Positions 27,531-40,132 are shown, counted from the first letter of the stretch. The stretch is 64,000 bases of DNA from an uncultured Myxococcaceae bacterium (GCA_966211675.1 CBIHPK010000002.1:76245-140244); one strand, 5' to 3'. The notes: generated by a model from the sequence alone, not told the origin. Numbers and translations: made by a program.

Positions 27531-28607
27531 TCACCGAGGGGCGATGATTCGCCGTTCGAGGAGGAAGTCCTTGAGCGAGGCCCAGGCCCTGCCGCGGCCC
27601 ACCTGGAGCAGGTGGCCGCCCGTGAAGGTGTCCATCCGGGCGTCGAAGTGGTCTCTCAGCCGCTCGGCGTGCCCGCTCGGGGTGATCGCGTCGTGGGCGG
27701 CGGCCAGCACCAGCACGCTCTCCCGGGCGACGAGGCCCGGGCGGGCGAAGGGGGAGACCACCCGCAGCGAGTCGTCGATGCGCCGCCCGACCCACGGCGG
27801 CGGCGGGTGCGGGAGGCGCGCCCGGTGCTCCATGTACGCGTCCCCGAGCGAGGCCAGCGGCACCATCAGGGTGCTGAAGTCGATGTCGCGGTCGACGGTC
27901 GCGAGCAGCGCGGCGGTGTAGGCCCCGAGGGACATCCCGACGGTTCCGACGGCGGAGGAGCCTTCGGAGCGCAGCCAGGAGTGCCAGGCGCGCAGGTCGG
28001 AGACGGCGTGGGCGAAGCCCTCCACGGAGCGCCACGGGTCCTGTCCGGGGAAGATCCCCCGGCGACCCTCCGGGGCACGCGCTCCGTGGAAGGGCAGCAC
28101 GGGGAGAAGCACGTCGAGGCCCCACTGGTAGAGCCTCGGCGCCTCGAAGGCCGCCTCCTCGAAGGGGAGGTTGCCGCCCAGGTAGCCGTGGATGCACACC
28201 ACCGTCGCCCTCGGGGTCGGGTGCCTCCAGTAGCGCGCGACGGCGGTGCGGTTCTCCTCGAAGGCCAGGTAGGCCTCGCGAGGAAACTCATGGGTGGGAA
28301 CGAAGCCCGTGGGGAAGGAGAGGTCCTCCACCCGGCCGCCTCCTGGGAGCGGTCGCACCGGCGTGCGCTGCACCGAAGGGAGCGATGGAGGGACGAAGAA
28401 CGCGTCGGGCTCGGTGAGCAGCCGCGGGTCGCCGTAGGCCTCGGCCACGCGGGCGAGCTGACGCAGCTGCTGCTCCGGGTCGGGGCGAGGGCGCTTCGAT
28501 CGACGGGCGACGTCCAGGGCCACGTCGATGGCGGTGCGGTCGACCCAGCTCCCGGCGGCGTTGGCCAGCCTGGCGATCCACGATCCCTTTTCGACCCTCG
28601 GGGGCAT
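27531..28607 (-). CDS. alpha/beta-fold hydrolase
   Basis: Nucleophile elbow GMSLGAY (GxSxG) and a later Asp/His-containing region (AAAHDAITP..H). Confidence 0.7.
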   Translation of the reverse strand: MPPRVEKGSWIARLANAAGSWVDRTAIDVALDVARRSKRPRPDPEQQLRQLARVAEAYGDPRLLTEPDAFFVPPSLPSVQRTPVRPLPGGGRVEDLSFPTGFVPTHEFPREAYLAFEENRTAVARYWRHPTPRATVVCIHGYLGGNLPFEEAAFEAPRLYQWGLDVLLPVLPFHGARAPEGRRGIFPGQDPWRSVEGFAHAVSDLRAWHSWLRSEGSSAVGTVGMSLGAYTAALLATVDRDIDFSTLMVPLASLGDAYMEHRARLPHPPPPWVGRRIDDSLRVVSPFARPGLVARESVLVLAAAHDAITPSGHAERLRDHFDARMDTFTGGHLLQVGRGRAWASLKDFLLERRIIAPR

Positions 28608-28614
28608 CGCTCGC

Positions 28615-29097
28615 TCAGCCCGGCAGCCGGTCGACCCGGGTCTCCGTCCTCGGCAGGAACATCCAGTCGTAGCGCCAGCGCCCCTCCTTGCGGTGCAGGG
28701 CGAGGACCGCGGACTTCTCCATCCCCGGCCAGCGGTCGGGCTTGAGCAGCGCCACCGCCACCTGGGAGAGCGTCGGCTCGTGGCCCACCAGCGCCAGAGG
28801 CCCTTCGCCCTGCCACGCCTCGATGTAGCGCTCGATGCCTGCGACGTCGCCGGTCGCGAGCGCCCCGAGCACCGTCACCTCGCCCTCGGTGGGAGCGTGC
28901 GTGGCGACGAGCTCCGCGGTCTGCACGGCGCGCACGAGCGGCGAGGTGACCAGCGTGCCCGGCGGGTGCTTGCGCAGGTGCTTCGCCGCGGTGACCGTCT
29001 CCTCCCGGCCGCGGACCGTGAGCCATCGGGAGCCATCGGGGAGGTCCTTGCTGCCGTCGACCGCCTCGCCATGTCGGATCAGGTAGAGCTTCGTCAT
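28615..29097 (-). CDS. sixA: phosphohistidine phosphatase SixA
   Basis: Internal start MTKLYLIRHGEAV (RHG motif of the histidine phosphatase superfamily). ~160 aa, with GHEP later in the protein. Confidence 0.8.
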   Translation of the reverse strand: MTKLYLIRHGEAVDGSKDLPDGSRWLTVRGREETVTAAKHLRKHPPGTLVTSPLVRAVQTAELVATHAPTEGEVTVLGALATGDVAGIERYIEAWQGEGPLALVGHEPTLSQVAVALLKPDRWPGMEKSAVLALHRKEGRWRYDWMFLPRTETRVDRLPG

Positions 29098-29217
29098 GGT
29101 CCTCTCCTCGCCAGAGCGCTTAGGGGATTTCCCGCCGCTCCGCCATCGCCCTCCTCCCACGGGCCCAATCAAGGCCCTCGACTTGCGGATCAGGGGACGG
29201 CGTGCGACGCCCCTCCC

Positions 29218-29409
29218 ATGCGCGCTCCAGGGCTCGGCGAGGTGTTGTTCATCCTGATCCTGGTGATGGTGGTCTTCGGCGCCTCGAAGGTGAACCCCAT
29301 CGGAGACGCGGTCGGGGGCTTCATGCGCAACCTCCGTCGAGGCCTGCGCAACGACGACCGCATCACCGTGAAGCCCCGTCCCGAGGAGCGCACCGACAAG
29401 CCCGGTTGA
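29218..29409 (+). CDS. tatA: twin-arginine translocase TatA/TatE-family subunit
   Basis: 63 aa. MRAPGLGEVLFILILVMVVFGASKVNPIGDAVGGFMRNLRRG: an N-terminal TM helix, an FG hinge and an amphipathic helix. Confidence 0.8.
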   Translation: MRAPGLGEVLFILILVMVVFGASKVNPIGDAVGGFMRNLRRGLRNDDRITVKPRPEERTDKPG

Positions 29410-29446
29410 CGCCGGGGGGTTACCCTCGCTAAGGGGCTTTGGCCGC

Positions 29447-30244
29447 ATGAACCCCCGCTGGCTCCCGCTGGCCTTCGCGCTCCTCGCCACCCCGAGCGCG
29501 GCCCTCTCCCAGAACCGCTCCCGAGCGCCCGTCTCCTCCCGCGATCGGGCCTACGTGGTGCGGCCGGGCGACACCATCCGGCGCATCGCCGCGGTGCTGG
29601 AGGTCCCCGTCGCCGAGGTGGCGGCGATCAACAACCTTCGCCCGCCGTACCTCCTCTCCGTGGGCCGCCGGCTGCGGGTCCCGGAGGGGGTCTCGCAGGA
29701 GGTGCTGCGCACGCTGCCCTCTCGCGAGGAGGTCTCCACCAACGACGAGGGCGGCACGCACCGCCCCGGCATGGCCTCCCTGGTGAGGGCCCGCGACGGC
29801 GTCGAGCTCGGCACCAACTTCACCGCGACGGGCCCGGCGCTGAGGACGCGCGTCGAGCGGCTGCTCCAGTCGAGGGCGGGGCAGATCCATATGATCCACC
29901 CGAGGCTGGTGCGGGTGTTTCCGACCATCAGCGACCGCTTCGGGGGGCGGCGCATCACGGTGCTCTCGGGCTACCGCCCGCACCGGGGAGGGCGCGACGA
30001 GCCTCGCAGCCGCCACGCCATGGGCTACGCGGTCGACCTGCGGGTGGAGGGCGTCGCGCTCCGGACGGTGTGGGAGTTCTGCCGGACGATCCCCAACGTG
30101 GGCTGCGGGATCTCCACGCGAGGCAACTTCGTCCACGTCGACGTGCGCACCGAGGCGGCGTCGTGGACCATCGGCGGCCGGGACGAGCCCACCCCGGCGG
30201 AGGACGACCTGCGCGAGGTCGCCGAGGAAGCGCGTCCGGAGTAG
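29447..30244 (+). CDS. LysM domain plus peptidase M15A (DUF882-like) cell-wall protein
   Basis: Signal peptide. LysM YVVRPGDTIRRIAAVLEVPVAEVAAINNL. C-terminal SGYRP...SRHAMGYAVDLRVEGV...FVHVDVR zinc D,D-peptidase-like motifs. Confidence 0.8.
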   Translation: MNPRWLPLAFALLATPSAALSQNRSRAPVSSRDRAYVVRPGDTIRRIAAVLEVPVAEVAAINNLRPPYLLSVGRRLRVPEGVSQEVLRTLPSREEVSTNDEGGTHRPGMASLVRARDGVELGTNFTATGPALRTRVERLLQSRAGQIHMIHPRLVRVFPTISDRFGGRRITVLSGYRPHRGGRDEPRSRHAMGYAVDLRVEGVALRTVWEFCRTIPNVGCGISTRGNFVHVDVRTEAASWTIGGRDEPTPAEDDLREVAEEARPE

Positions 30245-30250
30245 CGCCCA

Positions 30251-30268
30251 CCCGCGCGTCCTCGCGGG
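30251..30268 (+). terminator. short GC hairpin after the LysM/M15 gene
   Basis: CCCGCG-cgtcct-CGCGGG, starting 7 nt after the TAG at 30242..30244. No T-tract. Confidence 0.3.
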
Positions 30269-30501
30269 CCCGGCGACGCCGCTCGGGGGCGTGGGCGCTC
30301 GGCGCTTCCGGGGCAGAACCGCGGCGCGGGTAGGGACCCGGGCGGCGTCGCCGGTGCGGAGGAGGCGTGCGGGTGGATACCCGTGCGGCTCCGCGGACCC
30401 GGAAACGTGGAATGGCACTGTGTTTTGGGGCGATTCCGGAGGGCGCGTCGTGCGAGCCTCGACCGGCGGCGCAGCTCGCGCCGACGGGAGGAGTGACGCA
30501 C

Positions 30502-31176
30502 ATGGCGACGCTGAAGACGCAGGTGAACAACCCCGGGGCGCGCAGGATGGTGGGGCAGGCGGTGCTCGCCGCCGCGAAGGTGGTGGACACGAAGCCCGTG
30601 AAGGCCCGGCTGGCGGCCTTCGTCCGGGCGCACCAGGCCTATGTGACGGCGGCGGACAAGGTCGTGGCCGCGGAGGCCGTGCGAGACGCGGCGCACGCGG
30701 CGGTGGCGGAGGCCGACGTGACGCAGGACGCGGCGCTCGACGCGCTGGTGCTGGCGCTGGTGGCCGACGGGGCGCCGAGGCTCGCTCCGCTGAAGGGCCT
30801 CTCCAACATCGCCCCCGCGGACCTGAAGAAGCTCGCCACGCAGAAGGAGGCGAAGGAGCTGCTGCGCGTCACGGCGGCGATCGGCAAGCGGGCGGCGCTG
30901 AGCCCGGCGCTCAAGCGCTCGACGAAGGCGGCGCACGACGCGGCCACGGCGGTGCTGAAGGCGGGGGTGTCGGTGGTCCCGAGGGAGAAGCTCTACCAGG
31001 AGTCGCTGGCGGCGAGGGACGCGCTGAGCCAGCCCTGGGAGACCGCGCTGGCCTACCTGAAGCGAGCGGTGCGCGTGGCGGAGGACGACGGGGCCACCGG
31101 GCTCTTCGCGACGCTCTTCCAGCGCACGGCCGGGGCCCCCGCGAAGAAGAAGCCCGCGAAGGCCCCGGTGGCCTGA
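30502..31176 (+). CDS. hypothetical alpha-helical protein with a Lys/Ala/Pro-rich tail
   Basis: ATG at 30502 preceded by gggaggag. GC3-rich frame. Ends AGAPAKKKPAKAPVA. No recognised family. Confidence 0.55.
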   Translation: MATLKTQVNNPGARRMVGQAVLAAAKVVDTKPVKARLAAFVRAHQAYVTAADKVVAAEAVRDAAHAAVAEADVTQDAALDALVLALVADGAPRLAPLKGLSNIAPADLKKLATQKEAKELLRVTAAIGKRAALSPALKRSTKAAHDAATAVLKAGVSVVPREKLYQESLAARDALSQPWETALAYLKRAVRVAEDDGATGLFATLFQRTAGAPAKKKPAKAPVA

Positions 31177-31177
31177 G

Positions 31178-32491
31178 TCAGTCGCCCCCGGCGATGGGGC
31201 GGTTGGAGAGGCGCCTGGATTTCAGGGCCACTCGCTCGACCCGGCGGCGTCGCACCTGCTCGACCCGGGCCTCCCACTCACCGAAGCGCACCGTGTCTCC
31301 GGCGCGGGCGAGCCGTCCGAGGCGCTCGACCACGGCGCCGGCGAGGGTCTCGGCGTCCAGCTCGCCCAGGTCGACCCCCTTGGCCTCCAGGTCGTTGAGC
31401 GTCACCCGTCCGGCGGCCATCACGATGCCGTCGCCGCGAACCTCCACGGAGGGAGACTCGTGCTCCTTGTCGTGCTCGTCGCGGATCTCCCCGACGATCT
31501 CCTCCAGCACGTCCTCGAGGGTGAGCACGCCGCTGGTGCCGCCGTACTCGTCGACCACCAGGGCCATGGGGCGCTGGGTGCGCTGCATCTCGCGCATCAG
31601 CTCGAAGAGCCCCTTGCTCTCCGGGACCACCAGCAGCTCTCGCATGATCGCCCGGAGCGAGGCGGGGGCTTCGGTCTCGTGGATGACGTCCTTGAAGTGG
31701 ACGTAGCCGACGACCTTGTCGAGGTCGCTGCCCTCCACCAGGGGGTAGCGGGTGAAGCCCGAGGCGCGCATGCGGGCGACGGCGGTGGCGACGTCCGAGT
31801 CCGCGTCGATCCAGGTGACGTCGAGCCGGGGGACCATCACGCTGCGGGCGGTGCCCTCGGTGAAGCGCACCATGCGCTCGAGGAGCTGGCGCTTCTGCTG
31901 CGACAGCCGGCCCTTGGCGTAGGCCTGGGTCATCATCCCCAGCACCTCCTCCTCGGAGAGCGAGCCTTCGGTGTCCTTGAGGCCGCCGTGGCCGGTGAGC
32001 CGGAGCAGCACCCGCGCGCCCAGGTTGATGGCCATGAGGGCGGGGTAGGTGCCCCAGTAGAACCACCGGAGGGGGCGGGCGACGAGGAGCGAGAGCTTCT
32101 CCGCCTGGGAGATGGCGACCAGCTTGGGGGCCTGCTCGCCGAGGATGATGTGAGCGAAGGTCAGGGCGCTGAAGCCGAGCACGAAGGCGATCGAGTGCAT
32201 CGCGTGGCCGGGCTGCACCCCCACCTGGATCGCGATGTACTCGAGCACGTGGGCGATGGCGGGCTCGCCCACCCACCCGAGCCCGAGCGAGGCCAGGGTG
32301 ATGCCCAGCTGCGTGGCGGAGAGGTAGCTCTCGAGGTTGTGGAAGATGTCGACGAGGGCGCGGGCGGAGGGGTCGGTGCGCTTGGAGATGCGCTCGAGCT
32401 GCGTCGCGCGCAGCTTGACCAGCGCGAACTCGGCCGCGACGAAGAACCCATTGAGGAGGACGAAGACCGCGGTAACGAACAGCGGGAGCAC
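31178..32491 (-). CDS. CNNM/TlyC-family hemolysin-like membrane protein (DUF21 + CBS pair + CorC_HlyC)
   Basis: MLPLFVTAVFVLLNGFFVAAEFALVKLR (DUF21). CBS-pair region. C-terminal …VVDEYGGTSGVLTLEDVLEEIVGEI.DE…. Confidence 0.88.
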   Translation of the reverse strand: MLPLFVTAVFVLLNGFFVAAEFALVKLRATQLERISKRTDPSARALVDIFHNLESYLSATQLGITLASLGLGWVGEPAIAHVLEYIAIQVGVQPGHAMHSIAFVLGFSALTFAHIILGEQAPKLVAISQAEKLSLLVARPLRWFYWGTYPALMAINLGARVLLRLTGHGGLKDTEGSLSEEEVLGMMTQAYAKGRLSQQKRQLLERMVRFTEGTARSVMVPRLDVTWIDADSDVATAVARMRASGFTRYPLVEGSDLDKVVGYVHFKDVIHETEAPASLRAIMRELLVVPESKGLFELMREMQRTQRPMALVVDEYGGTSGVLTLEDVLEEIVGEIRDEHDKEHESPSVEVRGDGIVMAAGRVTLNDLEAKGVDLGELDAETLAGAVVERLGRLARAGDTVRFGEWEARVEQVRRRRVERVALKSRRLSNRPIAGGD

Positions 32492-32497
32492 GAGCGA

Positions 32498-33292
32498 TCA
32501 GGCCACCGTCGCGCCGACCGGCGCGGAGCCCGGCTCAGGGAACAGGGCGCGCAGGGCGCCGCGGAGGCGCTCGAAGCCGAGCTCCTCGGCCGCCTCTCGC
32601 TGGAAGAGGCGCACGATGCGCCGAAGCTCCTCCGCGGTGGTGCGCCCGATGGTGAGCTCGCGCTCGATCTCCCGCTCCACGAAGGACTCCCAGGAGCCGT
32701 AGCCCTTGGCCTGGTAGAGCTCCGGACGGGACAGCTCGGCGAGGATGAGCCCCGCCTCCCAGAACTGCTTGTTGAACGAGCGCTTGAGGCCGCGGAGCTT
32801 GCCGAGGAGGTTGATCACCGCCATCAGCCGCACCTTGAGCCCCTCGGCGCCGTCGGGCGAGCGCGCGGGGGCGTGGAGCGACCCGGGCTGCGTGGCCTTC
32901 GGCGGGAGCGGGGGCGTGCCCGGCGAGGGCAGCGGCCGCCGGGCGAGGCGCCTCGGCAGCATCGGGGGAGCGCCGCGCTTGACCTTCTTCTTCTTGATCG
33001 ACATCCCGCTGCTGGAGGACTCCTCCACAGCGGCCTCGACCACCGCGGGAGGGCTCACCGGGGCCGCGGCCTTGACGGCCTTCACCGGCTTCGCGGCCCT
33101 GGTCGGCTTCGTCGGCTTCGCGGACTTCGCGGCCTTCGCCGCCTTCGGAGCCGCGGACCCCTTGGCCTTCGCCGACTTGACCGGCTTCGAGGGCTTCGCC
33201 GACTTCGCGGGCTTGGCCTTCTTCGCAGGAGCGGGACGGGCCTTCACCGTGGGCTTTCCGCGCTTCGCGCTGCTCGCCTTTGCCTTCGCCAT
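32498..33292 (-). CDS. histone-H1-like Lys/Ala/Pro-rich protein fused to a conserved-looking C-terminal helical domain
   Basis: Start MAKAKASSAKRGKPTVKARPAPAKKAKPAKSAKPSKPVKSAKAKGSAAPKAAKAAKSAKPTKP... C-terminus …FWEAGLILAELSRPELYQAKGYGSWESFVEREI…. Confidence 0.65.
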   Translation of the reverse strand: MAKAKASSAKRGKPTVKARPAPAKKAKPAKSAKPSKPVKSAKAKGSAAPKAAKAAKSAKPTKPTRAAKPVKAVKAAAPVSPPAVVEAAVEESSSSGMSIKKKKVKRGAPPMLPRRLARRPLPSPGTPPLPPKATQPGSLHAPARSPDGAEGLKVRLMAVINLLGKLRGLKRSFNKQFWEAGLILAELSRPELYQAKGYGSWESFVEREIERELTIGRTTAEELRRIVRLFQREAAEELGFERLRGALRALFPEPGSAPVGATVA

Positions 33293-33596
33293 GGGACTCT
33301 CCACACCGATCCCCACAAGAATGATTTCGAGACCGCGGATCGCGACGGTCTTCGCGGTGCATAGCACTGACGTATTCGCCACGTCCACCATCTGGCGATC
33401 GCGTCAAGGGACTTCATGGCGATTTCGACTGTCAAGTAAATTGTCTTTTGGCTTCCATGAACTATCGCCCGCTACGGGGCGCTGAAGAGGCGGCTTGTCG
33501 CGGGCGCGCGGGCGCACCACACTCCCGCGCTCTCAAAGGCCCTGCGCATGAATGGTTTCCGCGGGGTCCTCGGCCGGTAGCGAAGGAGTTTCGTGA

Positions 33597-35966
<2,370 letters not shown>

Positions 35967-35982
35967 AGGAGACGAGAACCCA

Positions 35983-37149
<1,167 letters not shown>

Positions 37150-37171
37150 CCGCCCCGGCGGGGGGGGGCGG
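37150..37171. terminator. GC hairpin between convergent thiolase and propeller/knottin genes
   Basis: CCGCCCC-ggcgggg-GGGGCGG (includes a G9 run at 37160..37168), starting immediately after the thiolase stop codon (the first base overlaps its last base, 37150). No U-tract. Confidence 0.35.
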
Positions 37172-37216
37172 ATCGCCGCGCCCCGTCCGCCGTCTCTCGC
37201 CCCCCCTACGACCCCA

Positions 37217-40132
37217 TCAGCCTGGAGCGCACCCGCCGCCGACGCAGGTGCCCGAGCAGCAGTCGCCGTCGACGTTGCACGAGCCGCCCGAGAGGCGGCA
37301 GGGCGGAGGCGCGCACGCTCCCCGGGTGCAGGTGCCCGAGCAGCAGTCGGCGTTGACGGTGCACGTCGCCGCGGTGGCCCTGCACACCGGACGGCACGCG
37401 CCCGCCGAGCACATCTGGCCGTTGCAGCAGTCGGTGTCCGTCGCGCAGGTTCCGCCGGACACGGTGCACGGGGCGCGGCAGAGGCCGCTCGTGCAGGCGC
37501 TCGGGGCGCAGCAGTCGGCGCTGCCCGCGCAGGCGGCGCCCAGGGCGGCGCACGCGCTGGCGCAGCGTCCGCTGCGGCACGCGTTGGGGGCGCAGCAGTC
37601 GCCGTCGGAGGTGCAGGCGGCGCCCGCCGCGCGGCACATCGGCGCGCAGACGCCGCCGAGGCAGGTGTCGGGGGCGCAGCAGTCGCCGTCGGCCGAGCAC
37701 GCCGACCCGGAGGGTCGACACGCGGCCTGGCAGCGGCCCGAGGCGCAGGAGAGGGGAGAGCAGCAGTCCGAGGCGGCCGAGCACGCGGCGCCCGCGCCCC
37801 GACACGCAGGCGGAGTGCAGACCCCGCCGGTGCAGGTGGCGCCCGCGCAGCAGTCGGCGCTGCTGGTGCAGGCCGCGCCCGCGACGCGACACGGCGGCGC
37901 CGCGCACGCGCCGGCCATGCAGAGGCCCGGAGCGCAGCACTCGGCGCCCGCTCCGCAGGATCCGCCGGTGGGGGCGCAGGGCGCGCGGCAGGAGCCGCCG
38001 AGGCAGACGTCCGGGGCGCAGCAGTCGGCGCTGGTGGTGCACGCCCCGGCGAGGGGAGCGCAGGCGCTGCGGCACACGCCGCCGTTGCAGGTGAGCGGGG
38101 CGCAGCAGTCCGAGTCGACGGCGCAGGTCGCGCTCGCGGCGGCGCAGGCGGTGCGGACGCGGTCGATCGCCCAGAAGGGGCGGTGCGTGTCCTCGTCGAG
38201 GTCCTGGCAGGGGAGGCGGAACGCGGGGTAGCTCGCGTCGCCGGTGGCGGCGCGGCTGAGGTCGAGGGCCGCGACCCAGATCTGCTCGTGGCGGCCGAGG
38301 CGCGAGGTTCCGCTCAGCACGCCGCCGTAATCGCGCGTGGAGCTGAAGGCGACCCAGGCGTAGTCGTCCGGCGTGCCCGTGGGCGCCCAGGTCGGCATGT
38401 TGTCCTGCACCGTGGGGGTGGTGATCACGCCGTTGCCGATCGCGGTGTTGGCCCGCGTGAGGGCGCGCGCCGAGGTGCCGTCGCGCCGCACGAGCCAGAT
38501 GTCGCTGGTGACGTCGTTCTGGCCGTCGCGGGCGGAGTGCGCGAAGGCGATCCACTGGCTGTCCCAGGAGAAGCTCGGGAACTGGTTGGTGTCCGTGGTG
38601 GCGCCGGTTCCGTAGAGGGCGCGCGCGGTGCCCCAGGTGTCGCCGGCCATGGCGTCGATGACGGCGATGCGCGCTCCGGCGACGCCGCGGTCGCGGGTGG
38701 TGGGGCTCGACGCGAAGGCCACGAGGGTGCTGTCCGGCGCCCAGTCGGGCTGCGTTCCGTAGGCGTTGCGCGCGAGGGGGACGGTGTTGATCGGACCGCC
38801 GCTGGTGCCGCTGCGCAGGGTCATCACGCCGCGCGCGGCGGACACGATGCGCGACTCGTCCGGCGAGAAGGTCGACCAGAACATCGGGATGTCGCGCCCG
38901 CCGTACTGCGTGATGAGCCTCGGCGGCGGCCGGGTGGCGGAGACCTCGGTGACCCACATGGTGTTGCCACCGACGTCCGCGGCGAGCCGGTTGCCCTGGC
39001 GCGAGAGCGTGTGGCACGCGACGCAGTCGCCGCTCGCCTCGGTGGGCGTGAGGAAGTTCTGGGGCGCGGCCTCCTCGAGGTTGCCGCGTCGCACGCCGCG
39101 AGCGGTGGTGCTCCAGTAGAAGATCGCTCCGGGGACCGGACCGCGGGAGAAGCTCACGGACAGCGTCGAGGAGCGGTAGAAGGTGCCGGGCGACGCGCTC
39201 GCCGCGCCGTCGACGGTGATGCGCACGCTGCCGTGGGGGTTGGACGCGGCGAGGTAGCGCCACACCGCGAGCGTGGGCTCGAAGCAGCCCAGGCCCGTGC
39301 CCGCCATGGTGCAGGTGGGGTGCACGCCGTCGGTCAGCACCACGACGCGAGAGCGGTCGCTCTCGAAGGTGATGCGGAAGCGGTTGCTGCCCGCGGGCCG
39401 CCACTGGAAGAGGACCCGGTTGAGGTTCTGCGGCAGCACCGTCTCGTTGGCGGGGTAGATCCAGCCCGGCGAGCGCGCGGCGTCGGCGCCGGGAGCGCCC
39501 GCCGCGGGGAAGAGCGACGCGGCATCGGGGGCAGTGCCCGCGGTGGTGACGGTCACGTCGAGCACGATGCGCAGCGAGGCGCTCGCGGCGAGGGTGCCGC
39601 TGCGCGCGGTGACGACGACGTCTCCGCCGGCGACGCCCGTCGCGGTGACGGTTCCGTCGGGGGCGACGGTGGCGAGGGAGCCTGGCGCCACGGTCCAGAT
39701 CGCGGTCACCGGGACGCTGCGCCCGTCGCGGGTGCGACCCGTCGCGGTGAAGCGGGTGCTCGGTCGCGCCGTCGGGTCGGTGAGGCGCAGGGTCGTCATC
39801 GCGGGCGTCACGCTGAGTCCGACGACGGAGTCATCGCGCACGTCGACGGCGATGGGGCGATCGACCGCGACGGGCACGTCCGCGGAGGCGTCCGTCATGG
39901 GAGAGGGAGCGTCGGAGGGGGCGTCGGAGGGGGCGTCCAGAGACCCATCGGAGCGAGCATCGGAGGGCGTGTCGGAGGGCGTGTCGGAGGGGGCCGGGGA
40001 GTCCGCGGCGACGACCGCGTCGTCGGACACAGCAGGACGGTCGCCGCCCGAGGCGCTCGCGGAGGTGTCGTCCGCGCACGCTGCTGGCAGCGTCGCCAAC
40101 AGCAGGAGCAGAGCCGATCGGATCGTTCGCAT
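37217..40132 (-). CDS. secreted protein: Ig-like region, single CxxCH motif, TolB/PD40-like beta-propeller, and 11 tandem 28-aa six-Cys (knottin-like) modules
   Basis: Start MRTIRSALLLLLATLPAACADD. PD40-like blades (FSPDESRIV, PDWAPDSTLVAFAS, PSFSWDSQWIAFAH, PTWAP..YAWVAFSS). GDCVACHTL. C-terminal units of form C-x6-C-x5-CC-x4-C-x4-C (e.g. CAPLAGACTTSADCCAPDVCLGGSC). Confidence 0.8.
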   Translation of the reverse strand: MRTIRSALLLLLATLPAACADDTSASASGGDRPAVSDDAVVAADSPAPSDTPSDTPSDARSDGSLDAPSDAPSDAPSPMTDASADVPVAVDRPIAVDVRDDSVVGLSVTPAMTTLRLTDPTARPSTRFTATGRTRDGRSVPVTAIWTVAPGSLATVAPDGTVTATGVAGGDVVVTARSGTLAASASLRIVLDVTVTTAGTAPDAASLFPAAGAPGADAARSPGWIYPANETVLPQNLNRVLFQWRPAGSNRFRITFESDRSRVVVLTDGVHPTCTMAGTGLGCFEPTLAVWRYLAASNPHGSVRITVDGAASASPGTFYRSSTLSVSFSRGPVPGAIFYWSTTARGVRRGNLEEAAPQNFLTPTEASGDCVACHTLSRQGNRLAADVGGNTMWVTEVSATRPPPRLITQYGGRDIPMFWSTFSPDESRIVSAARGVMTLRSGTSGGPINTVPLARNAYGTQPDWAPDSTLVAFASSPTTRDRGVAGARIAVIDAMAGDTWGTARALYGTGATTDTNQFPSFSWDSQWIAFAHSARDGQNDVTSDIWLVRRDGTSARALTRANTAIGNGVITTPTVQDNMPTWAPTGTPDDYAWVAFSSTRDYGGVLSGTSRLGRHEQIWVAALDLSRAATGDASYPAFRLPCQDLDEDTHRPFWAIDRVRTACAAASATCAVDSDCCAPLTCNGGVCRSACAPLAGACTTSADCCAPDVCLGGSCRAPCAPTGGSCGAGAECCAPGLCMAGACAAPPCRVAGAACTSSADCCAGATCTGGVCTPPACRGAGAACSAASDCCSPLSCASGRCQAACRPSGSACSADGDCCAPDTCLGGVCAPMCRAAGAACTSDGDCCAPNACRSGRCASACAALGAACAGSADCCAPSACTSGLCRAPCTVSGGTCATDTDCCNGQMCSAGACRPVCRATAATCTVNADCCSGTCTRGACAPPPCRLSGGSCNVDGDCCSGTCVGGGCAPG

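Noticed and set aside
30413-30428. TGGCAC as a sigma-54 promoter, possibly a target of the nearby FHA-EBP.
   Set aside because: The -12 element is missing: TTTTGG stands where TTGC is expected, so there is no GC at the correct 10-nt spacing. Other TGGCAC occurrences I saw (e.g. 35671, 39011, 51881, 51911) lie inside coding regions.
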